A DNA stretch of 64,000 bases from NCBI RefSeq assembly GCF_032444005.1, contig NC_091289.1, forward strand, positions 5,766,001 through 5,830,000. Direction: 5' to 3'. A program made the position numbers and the translations under genes. Below the pieces are notes generated by a model. That model saw nothing but the letters and a program-made list of their open reading frames with translations. It ran no database searches and was not told the DNA's origin. Positions 13,901-22,928 of the stretch are shown one piece after another. Each line of letters opens with the position of its first letter. Within the stretch, counting starts at the first letter, position 1. The DNA comes from Ranitomeya imitator (Eukaryota).

Positions 13901-16900
13901 ACCTGTGGGGGGAGGGGCCGTGTGCCCTCCTGACCAGTGGGGGAAGGGGCAGTGTGCCCTCCTGACCTGTGGGGCCGTGTGCCCTCCTGACCTGTGGGGC
14001 CGTGTGCCCTCCTGACCTGTGGGGGTGGGGCCGTGTTCCCTCCTGACCTTGTGGGAGTGGGGCAGTGTGCCCTCCTGACCAGTGGGGGTGGGGCCGTGTG
14101 CCCTCCTGACCAGTGGGGGTGGGGCCGTGTGCCCTCCTGACCTGTGGGAGGTGGGGCCGTGTGCCCTCCTGACCTGTGGGGCCGTGTGCCCTCCTGACCT
14201 GTGGGGGTGGGGCAGTGTGCCCTCCTGACCAGTGGGGGTGGGGCCGTGTGCCCTCCTGACCAGTGGAGGGGTGGGGCCGTGTGCCCTCCTGACCAGTGGA
14301 GGGGTGGGGCCGTGTGCCCTCCTGACCTGTGGGGGTAGGGCCCTGTGCCCTGACAATATACAGGGGGTGGTGTTGTGAAGGGAGCTGTGACCTCACGCCG
14401 ACGCCACCTCCTCCCCCCGTGTGCCCTCCTGACCTGTGGGAGGTGGGGCCGTGTGCCCTCCTGACCTGTGGGGCCGTGTGCCCTCCTGACCAGTGGGGGT
14501 GATGCCGTGTGCCCTCCTGACCAGTGGGGGTGGGGCAGTGTGCCCTCCTGACCTTGTGGGAGTGGGGCAGTGTGTTCTCCTGACCTGCGGGGCCGTGTGC
14601 CCTCCTGACCAGTGGGGGTGGGGCAGTGTGCCCTCCTGACCAGTGGGGGTGGGGCAGTGTGCCCTCCTGACCTTGTGGGAGTGGGGCCGTGTGCTCTCCT
14701 GACCTGTGGGGCCGTGTGCCCTCCTGACCTGTAGGGCCGTGTGGCCTCCTAAACCTGTGGGGGGAGGGGCAGTGTGCCCTCCTGACCTTGTGGGAGTGGG
14801 GCAGTGTGTTCTCCTGACCTGCGGGGCCGTGTGCCCTCCTGACCTGCGGGGCCGTGTGCCCTCCTGACCAGTGGGGGAGGGGCAGTGTGCCCTCCTGACC
14901 TTGTGGGAGTGGGGCCGTGTGTTCTCCTGACCTGCGGGGGGGGTGGGGGGCCGTGTGCCCTCCTGACCTGTGGGGCCGTGTGGCCTCCTGACCAGTGGGG
15001 GAGGGGCAGTGTGCCCTCCTGACCTTGTGGGAGTGGGGCCGTGTGTTCTCCTGACCTGCGGGGGTGGGGGGGGGGGTGGGGGGCGTGTGCCCTCCTGACC
15101 TGCGGGGGGGGGGGCGTGTGCCCTCCTGACCTGCGGGAGGGGGGGGGGGGGGGCGTGTGCCCTCCTGACCTGCGGGGCAGTGTGCCCTCCTGACCTGCGG
15201 GGCCGTGTGCCCTCCTAAACCTGTGGGGGGAGGGGCAGTATGCCCTCCTGACCTTGTGGGAGTGGGGCCGTGTGTTCTCCTGACCTGCGGGGAGTGGGGG
15301 CGTGTGCCCTCCTGACCTGCGGGGGGGGGGGGGGGGCGTGTGCCCTCCTGACCTGCGGGGGTGGGGTGGGCGTGTGCCCTCCTGACCTGCGGGGCAGTGT
15401 GCCCTCCTGACCTGCGGGGCAGTGTGCCCTCCTGACCTGCGGGGCCGTGTGCCCTCCTGACCTGCGGGGGGGGGGGGGCGTGTGCCCTCCTGACCTGCGG
15501 GGCAGTGTGCCCTCCTGACCTGCGGGGCAGTGTGCCCTCCTGACCTGCGGGGCCGTGTGCCCTCCTAAACCTGTGGGGGGAGGGGCAGTGTGCCCTCCTG
15601 ACCTTGTGGGAGTGGGGCCGTGTGTTCTCCTGACCTGCGGGGAGTGGGGGCGTGTGCCCTCCTGACCTGCGGGGGGGGGGGGGGGGGCGTGTGCCCTCCT
15701 GACCTGCGGGGGTGGGGTGGGCGTGTGCCCTCCTGACCTGCGGGGGTGGGGTGGGCGTGTGCCCTCCTGACCTGCGGGGCAGTGTGCCCTCCTGACCTGC
15801 GGGGCAGTGTGCCCTCCTGACCTGCGGGGCAGTGTGCCCTCCTGACCTGCGGGGCAGTGTGCCCTCCTGACCTGCGGGGCAGTGTGCCCTCCTGACCTGC
15901 GGGGCAGTGTGCCCTCCTGACCTGCGGGGCAGTGTGCCCTCCTGACCTGCGGGGCAGTGTGCCCTCCTGACCTGCGGGGCAGTGTGCCCTCCTGACCTGC
16001 GGGGCAGTGTGCCCTCCTGACCTGCGGGGCAGTGTGCCCTCCTGACCTGCGGGGCAGTGTGCCCTCCTGACCTGAGGGGCAGTGTGCCCTCCTGACCTGC
16101 GGGGCAGTGTGCCCTCCTGACCTGCGGGGCAGAGTGCCCTCCTGACCTGCGGGGCAGTGTGCCCTCCTGACCTGCGGGGCAGTGTGCCCTCCTGACCTGC
16201 GGGGCAGTGTGCCCTCCTGACCTGCGGGGCAGTGTGCCCTCCTGACCTGCGGGGCAGTGTGCCCTCCTGACCTGCGGGGCAGTGTGCCCTCCTGACCTGC
16301 GGGGCAGTGTGCCCTCCTGACCTGTGGGAGGTGGGGCAGTGTGCCCTCCTGACCTGTGGGGGGTGGAGCCGTGTGCCCTCCTGACCTGTGGGGGGTGGAG
16401 CCGTGTGCCCTTTTGACCTGTTGAGGGGTGGAGCCGTGTGCCCTCCTGACCTGTGGGGGGGTGGGGCCGTGTGCCCTCCTGACCTGTGGGGGGGTGGGGC
16501 CGTGTGCCCTCCTGACCTGTGGGGGGGTGGGGCCGTGTGCCCTCCTGACCTGTGGGGGGTGGAGCCGTGTGCCCTCCTGACCTGTGGGGGGTGGAGCCGT
16601 GTGCCCTCCTGACCTGTGGGGGGTGGAGCCGTGTGCCCTCCTGACCTGTGGGGGGTGGAGCCGTGTGCCCTCCTGACCTGTGGGGGGTGGAGTCGTGTGC
16701 CCTCCTGACCTGTGGGGGTTGGAGCCGTGTGCCCTCCTGACCTGTGGAGGGGTGGAGCCGTGTGCCCTCCTGACCTGTGGGGGGTGGAGCCGTGTACCCT
16801 TCTGACCTGTGGGGGGTGGAGCCGTGTGCCCTCCTGACCTGTGGGGGGTGGAGCCGTGTACCCTTCTGACCTGTGGGGGGTGGAGCCGTGTGCCCTCCTG

Positions 16901-19900
16901 ACCTGTGGGGGGTGGAGCCGTGTGCCCTCTTGACCTGTTGAGGGGTGGAGCCGTGTGCCCTCCTGACCTGTCGGGGGTGGGGCCGTGTGCCCTCCTGACC
17001 TGTGGGAGGTGGGGCCGTGTGCCCTCCTGACCTGTGGAGGGGTGGAGCCGTGTGCCTTCCTGACCTGTGGGGGGTCGAGCCGTGTGCCCTCCTGACCTGT
17101 GAGGGGTGGAGCCGTGTGCCCTCCTGACCTGTGGAGGGGTGGAGCCGTGTGCCCTCCTGACCTGTGGGGGGTGGGGCCGTGTGCCCTCCTGACCTGTGGA
17201 GGGGTGGGGCCGTGTGCCCTCCTGACCTGTGGAGGGGTGGGGCCGTGTGCCCTCCTGACCTGTGGAGGGGTGGGGCCGTGTGCCCTCCTGACCTGTGGAG
17301 GGGTGGGGCCGTGTGCCCTCCTGACCTGTGGAGGGGTGGGGCCCTGTGCCCTGACAATATACAGGGGGTGGTGTTGTGAAGGGAGCTGTGACCTCACGCC
17401 GACGCCACCTCCTCCCCTCAGAGGGCTCCCTCTCCGCAGTTACTGATCCACATTTCTCTTTTCTTCATTCTCTTCTGGTCATTGATGATAATTTATTAAC
17501 CCCTCCACGTCTGAAGCATCTGACTCTGCAGCTCGTCTCTGACCTGCCTAAGACTAGCGCCCAGTCCGGTCACACACGGAGCTCCTCGCCCTGCAGACTC
17601 TTATTACACTCCAGCACGATTATAACCACCAGGATTCAAGTTACTGGCCCTTTAAAAATCAGGTCCATGTTGTCAGCTCCGGCGCCCCCACAGATCCCGC
17701 TCACAGGCTGTATCATGCACAGCCAGGACGGGGATTACGTGGGAGCTGATTCCGTGAAGTCAGCATTCTATAAATAGCAGCGATTGCAGCAGCAGAGACA
17801 CCACAAGTCCCAGCAACTTCATGGAAAACGTATCCATTAGATCTGCTCCTGAGGATTGTGACAGGCGGCCGTTACATTGTATCAGGCCATAAAGGAAAAA
17901 CATGGAAAAGGTGATGAGTTACTGATCGCTGGGGGCCCGACCAGCAGAGCCGGCCCCCGGTATGATGGACCCTCCAGTCGAATATTCTCTGCTCACTGCG
18001 GCACTTGACTCTGTAGGGCGACCATCATATATAACTGCCCCCTCTGCCAGTCAGTTCCAGCAGTTGGACCCCCAGCGATAAGCAAAAGAGGTTCCCAGAA
18101 TCTGGATGTTAGTAGCGTTCTCATTCACTGACAACAAGCAGAGATCCAGAAAATGGTGAAGAACGGAAAGGTCCACGAGGAAATGGAGAAATGTAAGAAG
18201 CTAAGAGGAATGTTATGGGGGTCTTATAAAGGACACATGCCTGGAGGATTCGGGAGTGGCAGCTGGAGGACCAGGGGAGGGGCACCGCCAGGAGGACCGG
18301 GGGGGGGGGGGGGGGGGGGGTAGGTTGAGGATTGGGGGATGGCGACACATTAGCTGGAGGATTAGGGAGGGGAGAGGGGGAAGACATCAGCTGGAGGGGG
18401 GAGGAGACACCAGCTGGAGAACAGGAGGGGGGGGGGGGACATCGGCTGGAGGATTGAGGGGGGGGGACACACTGGCTGGAGGATTTGGGGGGGGGGGGGG
18501 GGAAGACACCGGCCGGAGGAATGGGGGGGGGGAGACACCGGCTGGAGGATTGGGGGGGGGCGGAGACACCGGCTGGAGGATTGGGGGGGGGGGGAGACAC
18601 CGGCTGGAGGATTGGAGGGGGGGAGACACCGGCTGGAGGATTGGAGGGGGAGACACCAGCTGGAGGATTGGAGGGGGGGAGACACCAGCTGCAGGATTGG
18701 AGGGGGGAGGGTGGAGACACCAGCTGGAGGATTGGAGGGGGGGAGACACCGGCTGGAGGATTGGAGGGGGGGGAGACACCAGCTGGAGGATTGGAGGGGG
18801 GGAGACACCAGCTGGAGGGGGGGGGGGGGAGACACCAGCTGGAGGATTGGAGGGGGGAGACACCAGCTGGAGGATTGGAGGGGGGAGACACCAGCTGGAG
18901 GATTGGAGGGGGGGAGACACCGGCTGGAGGGGGGGGGGGGAGACACCGGCTGGAGGATTGGAGGGGGGGAGACACCGGCTGGAGGATTGGAGGGGGGGGG
19001 GGGGAGACACCGGCTGGAGGATTGGAGGGGGGGGGGGGGAGACACCGGCTGGAGGATTGGAGGGGGGGGAGACACCGGCTGGAGGATTGGAGGGGGGGGA
19101 GACACCGGCTGGAGGATTGGAGGGGGGGCACCGGCTGGAGGATTGGGGGGGGGGGGGGAGACACCAGCTTGAGGGGAGGAGACACCGGCTGGAGGATTGG
19201 AGGGGGGGGAGACACCGGCTGGAGGATTGGAGGGGGGAGACACCAGCTGGAGGATTGGAGGGGGGGAGACACCGGCTGGAGGGGGGGGGGGGGAGACACC
19301 GGCTGGAGGATTGGAGGGGGGGGAGACACCGGCTGGAGGATTGGAGGGGGGGGGGGGGAGACACCGGCTGGAGGATTGGAGGGGGGGGAGACACCGGCTG
19401 GAGGATTGGAGGGGGGGCACCGGCTGGAGGATTGGGGGGGGGGGGGAGACACCAGCTTGAGGGGAGGAGACACCGGCTGGAGGATTGGAGGGGGGGGAGA
19501 CACCGGCTGGAGGATTGGAGGGGGGGAGACACCGGCTGGAGGATCGGAGTGGGGGGGGGGGGGAGACACCAGCTGGAGGATTGGGGGGGGGGAGAGAGAC
19601 ACCAGCTGGAGGATTGGGGGGGGAGACACCAGCTGGAGGATTGGGGGGGGGGGGGAGACACCGGCTGGAGTATTGGGGGGGGGGGGGGAGACACCGGCTG
19701 GAGGATTGGGGGGGGGAGACACCGGCTGGAGGATTGGGGGGGGGGGGAGACACCAGCTGGAGGATTGGGGGGGGGGGGAGACACCAGCTGGAGGATTGGG
19801 GGGGGGGACACCGGCTGGAGGATTGGGGGGGGGGGACACCGACTGGAGGATTGGGGGGGGGGGGGGGGGAGACACCAGCTGGAGGATTGGAGGGGGGGAG

Positions 19901-20911
19901 ACACCAGCTGGAGGATTGGAGGGGGGGGAGACACCGGCTGGAGGATTGGAGGGGGGGGAGACACCAGCTGGAGGATTGGAGGGGGGGAGACACCAGCTGG
20001 AGGATTGGAGGGGGGGGGAGACACCAGCTGGAGGATTGGAGGGGGGAGACACCAGCTGGAGGATTGGAGGGGGGGGGGGACACTGGCTGGAGGATTGGAG
20101 GGGGGGAGACACCGGCTGGAGGATCGGAGTGGGGGGGGGGGGGAGACACCAGCTGGAGGATTGGGGGGGGGGAGAGACACCAGCTGGAGGATTGGGGGGG
20201 GGGGAGACACCAGCTGGAGGATTGGGGGGGGGGAGACACCGGCTGGAGTATTGGGGGGGGGGGGGAGACACCGGCTGGAGGATTGGGGGGGGGAGACACC
20301 GGCTGGAGGATTGGGGGGGGGGGGGGGGAGACACCAGCTGGAGGATTGGGGGGGGGGGGAGACACCAGCTGGAGGATTGGGGGGGGGGGACACCGGCTGG
20401 AGGATTGGGGGGGGGGGGGGGACACCGACTGGAGGATTGGGGGGGGGGGGGGGAGACACCAGCTGGAGGATTGGAGGGGGGGAGACACCAGCTGGAGGAT
20501 TGGAGGGGGGGAGACACCGGCTGGAGGATTGGAGGGGGGGAGACACCAGCTGGAGGATTGGAGGGGGGGAGACACCAGCTGGAGGATTGGAGGGGGGGGG
20601 AGACACCAGCTGGAGGATTGGAGGGGGGAGACACCAGCTGGAGGATTGGAGGGGGGGGGGGGGGACACCGGCTGGAGGATTGGAGGGGGGGGGGAGACAC
20701 CGGCTGGAGGATTTGGGGGGGGGGGAGGCAGCGGCTGGAGGATTGGGGGGGGGGGATGTGTCTCCTGCAGGTGACATCTTGTGGGGAGCAGTCAGTCTCA
20801 CACCTATAAGGAGCCGTTTCCTCAGTTCTTGGCGCTCCCGTCGCTGCTGTCTCGGGTTTTGTCGCACATGTCGCGCTCGTACTCACCGTGGATCCCGGTC
20901 TGGTGCGCCAT
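1810..20911 (-). CDS. twf2: Twinfilin-2 (actin monomer-binding/capping protein, two ADF-H domains), complete 9-exon CDS, 349 aa
   Basis: Exons 20887-20911, 13382-13459, 11064-11242, 10283-10378, 10051-10155, 9855-9980, 4625-4775, 3355-3476 and 1810-1977 all have GT-AG boundaries and compatible phases. They total 1050 nt = 349 aa + TAG. The protein runs [23 protein letters not shown]...[10 protein letters not shown], recognisable as vertebrate twinfilin-2. Confidence 0.97.
2035..2487. repeat. 23-bp GC-rich minisatellite (about 20 copies) in twf2 intron 8
   Basis: Unit AAAGGAGCGCTGCCCCGGCACCC. Confidence 0.95.
3355..3476 (-). CDS. twf2: twf2 exon 8 ([23 protein letters not shown]...LEIAKK)
   Basis: 122 nt, CAG acceptor, GTAACT donor; invariant [22 protein letters not shown] motif. 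Confidence 0.96.
3574..4612. repeat. 57-bp satellite, array 2 (about 18 copies, inverted relative to arrays 1 and 3), filling twf2 intron 7
   Basis: Reverse complement of the array-1 unit (GCCACCACTAGGGGGAGCTCCCTGTATACAGAG...). Confidence 0.97.
4625..4775 (-). CDS. twf2: twf2 exon 7 ([13 protein letters not shown]...GDYLESV)
   Basis: 151 nt, TAG acceptor, GTGAGC donor. Confidence 0.95.
5130..7224. mobile_element. Non-autonomous piggyBac-like element with TTAA target duplication
   Basis: TTAA (5126-5129) CCCCTTAGTGACC ... GGTCGTTAAGGGG TTAA (7225-7228). The 13-bp TIRs match at 11 of 13 positions. No transposase ORF. Confidence 0.8.
5690..7100. repeat. Telomere-like hexamer-derived array (18-bp units) inside the piggyBac-like element
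   Basis: Units CCTTAGCCCCAGCCCCAA and CCTTAGCCCCAACCCTAA, with scattered perfect CCCTAA. Confidence 0.92.
7355..9610. repeat. 75-bp minisatellite (about 30 copies) in twf2 intron 6
   Basis: Unit AGATACAGACTGCTGCTCCCCGCAGCCTCCTCTCGCTTTACACTGCAGCTCTGCTCTATTAGTACCTGCCTCATC, with 73-bp variants. Confidence 0.96.
9855..9980 (-). CDS. twf2: twf2 exon 6 ([16 protein letters not shown]...INYIQL)
   Basis: 126 nt, CAG acceptor, GTAGGT donor. Confidence 0.95.
10051..10155 (-). CDS. twf2: twf2 exon 5 ([11 protein letters not shown]...REIKINE)
   Basis: 105 nt, TAG acceptor, GTGGGC donor. Confidence 0.95.
10283..10378 (-). CDS. twf2: twf2 exon 4 ([32 protein letters not shown])
   Basis: 96 nt, CAG acceptor, GTCAGA donor; canonical twinfilin [10 protein letters not shown] motif. 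Confidence 0.96.
11064..11242 (-). CDS. twf2: twf2 exon 3 ([11 protein letters not shown]...SWSPDHSP)
   Basis: 179 nt, CAG acceptor, GTAAGA donor; ADF-H motif [13 protein letters not shown]. Confidence 0.96.
11860..12110. mobile_element. Palindromic MITE (one example of a dispersed family; fragments also near 2530-2730, 10540-10980, 11265-11375, 18115-18170, 29790-30050, 30260-30340 and 34130-34320)
   Basis: Shared inverted arms AGATCTCTGCTTGCTGTCAGTGA / TCACTGACAGCAAGCA and GTTTGTTACAAT / ATTGTAACAAACCCTCAG. Superfamily not established. Confidence 0.65.
12263..13215. repeat. 28-bp minisatellite (about 33 copies) in twf2 intron 2
   Basis: Unit GCTGTCACCCAGAGGGGCCGTCGCCAAG. Confidence 0.96.
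13382..13459 (-). CDS. twf2: twf2 exon 2 ([26 protein letters not shown])
   Basis: 78 nt, TAG acceptor, GTGAGT donor. Confidence 0.95.
13382..13478 (-). CDS. twf2: twf2 alternative first coding exon 1b (MFLVLV + exon 2), twinfilin-2b-like isoform, 347 aa predicted
   Basis: In-frame ATG TTC TTG GTT CTT GTA G immediately 5' of the exon-2 acceptor. This resembles the short N-terminus of mammalian muscle twinfilin-2b (from memory). Confidence 0.7.
13480..13680 (-). promoter_or_regulatory. Candidate muscle promoter for twf2 exon 1b
   Basis: AP-1 site TGAGTCA 13484-13490, E-box CAGATG near 13558, MEF3/Six site TCAGGTT (minus) 13586-13592, CArG/MEF2-like CCAAATATAG 13612-13621, GC box near 13637. 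Confidence 0.5.
13905..17345. repeat. Compound 25-32-bp G-rich minisatellite in twf2 intron 1
   Basis: Constant core GTGTGCCCTCCTGACC with variable G-rich linkers; a pure 25-bp block lies at about 15775-16320. Confidence 0.95.
18320..20760. repeat. About 30-bp poly-G minisatellite in twf2 intron 1, next to exon 1a
   Basis: Unit GGAGACACCAGCTGGAGGATTGGA(G)n with variable G-run length. Confidence 0.95.
20887..20911 (-). CDS. twf2: twf2 exon 1a (MAHQTGIH)
   Basis: ATG GCG CAC CAG ACC GGG ATC CAC G followed by a GTGAGT donor; phase 1 matches exon 2. Confidence 0.95.
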
Positions 20912-20939
20912 GTCGTGATATCGTGACAGCTCGGGATCA

Positions 20940-21180
20940 GGGAGCGGCTCTCAGAGGCTTGCGGGGAGGGGCGTGGCCGGATACCGGGGAGGCGGAGCTA
21001 GGCCGCGGTGAGCGCAGTCAGCCAATCAGAGGTTGAGCCGCGCGGCGTGCTGGGAGGAGTGGAGCATGCCGGGAGATGTAGTCCGCAGCTGCTCTGCTGC
21101 CCCCAGGCGGCGCTGTGCTCTCTGCGGTCTCAGGAATGTGTGTGAGGCGCTGGGCATGCTGGGAGGGACTTGTAGTTCTA
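20940..21180 (-). promoter_or_regulatory. CpG-rich TATA-less promoter of twf2 exon 1a
   Basis: GC boxes (GGGGCGTGGC 20968-20977, GGAGGCGGAG near 20988), CCAAT at 21022-21026, and two ZNF143/ACTACA-type motifs (21064-21082 = ACTACATCTCCCGGCATGC on the minus strand; 21154-21176). Confidence 0.65.
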
Positions 21181-21474
21181 GATCCTCTTTTCTGACTCGT
21201 CAGGATTCAGAATTGTGTTTTTCATGACCAGAAATATCTGCAAGTTCATAGAAAACGCACCAGAGACGCTGCAGTCGCTCCGGGGCCTGAACGCCACTTC
21301 TGTCCTCATGAACAGACCAGAAATAATTGTGGCCCTTGTGGGAGTTTTGCATTAGGGCCCATGAACTTCACATTTCGCTCCTGGAGAAAGTGCTCGAAAA
21401 TCCTGTCAGCGACAGAAAAGACGCCAGAAACGTCTGCGAGGAAAACACCGGAATTCAACAGCGAGCGGCTGCGG

Positions 21475-22500
21475 ACCCCGACCTGCGGAACGTCCCCCCC
21501 GACCTGCGGAACGTCCCCCCCGACCTGCGGAACGTCCCCCCCTGACCTGCGGACGTTCGGAACGTCCCCCCTGACCTGCGGAACGTCCCCCCCGACCTGC
21601 GGAACTTCGCCCCCGACCTGCGGAACATCCATCCCCAACCTGCGGAACATCCCCCCGACCTGCGGAACATCCATCCCCAACCTGCGGAACATCCATCCCC
21701 AACCTGCGGAACATCCATCCCCAACCTGCGGAACATCCCCCCCGACCTGCGGAACATCCCCCCCGACCTGCGGAACATCCCCCCCGACCTGCGGAACATC
21801 CCCCCCGACCTGCGGAACATCCCCCCCGACCTGCGGAACATCCCCCCCGACCTGCGGAACATCCCCCCCCGACCTGCGGAACATCCCCCCCGACCTGCGG
21901 AACATCGCCCCCGACCTGCAGAACATCCATCCCCAACCTGCAGAACATCCCCCCGACCTACTGAACATTCCCCTCCCCTACTGAACATTCGTCCCCGACA
22001 TGCGGAACATTCCCCCCTGCGGTATATTCATTCCCAACCTGCAGAACATTCATCCCTGACCTGCGGAACATTCCCCTCCCCTACGGAACATTCATCCCCG
22101 ACATGCGGAACATCCCCCCGACCTGCGGAACATTCCCCCCTGCAGAACATTAATCCTGACCTGCAGAACTTTCATCCCCAACCTGCGGAACATTCATCCC
22201 CACCTGCGGAACATTCCCCCCCGCAGAACATTCATCCCCGATATGCGGAACATATCCCCCCCACCCCCACCCCCCGAACATTCATCCCCGACCTGCGGAA
22301 CATCCTCCCTGCGGAACATCCCCCCTGAGCCGCAGAACATTCATCCCCAACCTGCGGAACATTCATCCCTGACCTACAGAACATCCCCCCTGAGCCGCAG
22401 AACATTCATCCCCAACCTGCGGAACATTCATCCCTGACCTACAGAACATCCCCCCTGAGCTGCAGAACATTCATCCCCAACCTGCGGAACATCCCCCCAA
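21475..22500. repeat. About 21-bp C-rich minisatellite between the tnnc1 3' end and the twf2 promoter
   Basis: Unit GACCTGCGGAACAT(C)n, with longer variants. Confidence 0.92.
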
Positions 22501-22781
22501 CAGAACTTTGTGCAAATAAACAACGAGAGAAAATGAGCTCGGTGCTGACCGGGGATTTTGAACCTCTCATGCGCCATTTTAAAATATTTGGTGCAAAATA
22601 TGAGAACAAAGATCACGAAGGAAATGAGAAGACGCAGGTGAGGAGTCGTCGTTTCTTGTGAACGCTTCCTGTAATTTTAGTGTTTGGGGAAACTAGAACC
22701 ACCGGACACTTCCTCTAGATATTTAGAGAAATCCACACATTCGCAGTCGTCCGCCATGGCGGGATTCTGTCAGTCGCCTCC

Positions 22782-22787
22782 TTTATT
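22782..22787 (-). terminator. Probable tnnc1 polyadenylation signal (AATAAA)
   Basis: TTTATT on the + strand about 110 nt after the stop codon. Confidence 0.7.
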
Positions 22788-22896
22788 GGGGTCTGTATAC
22801 ATTGCACCAGTAAATATTATATGTTATATTACGGGGGTCTGGTGGGATCGGTCTCTGTCGTCACAGTTTTCAGACTTTTGGGGGTCCGATTTTCTT

Positions 22897-22928
22897 TTAT
22901 TCGACTCCTTTCATGAACTCTAGAAATT
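22897..22928 (-). CDS. tnnc1: tnnc1 exon 6 ([10 protein letters not shown])
   Basis: 32 nt, TAG acceptor, TAA stop at 22897-22899. Confidence 0.96.

Noticed and set aside
13680-20886. Very long ORFs (600-1225 aa) in the ORF track
   Set aside because: They are translations of stop-free minisatellites, open in several frames and on both strands, and they lie inside twf2 intron 1.
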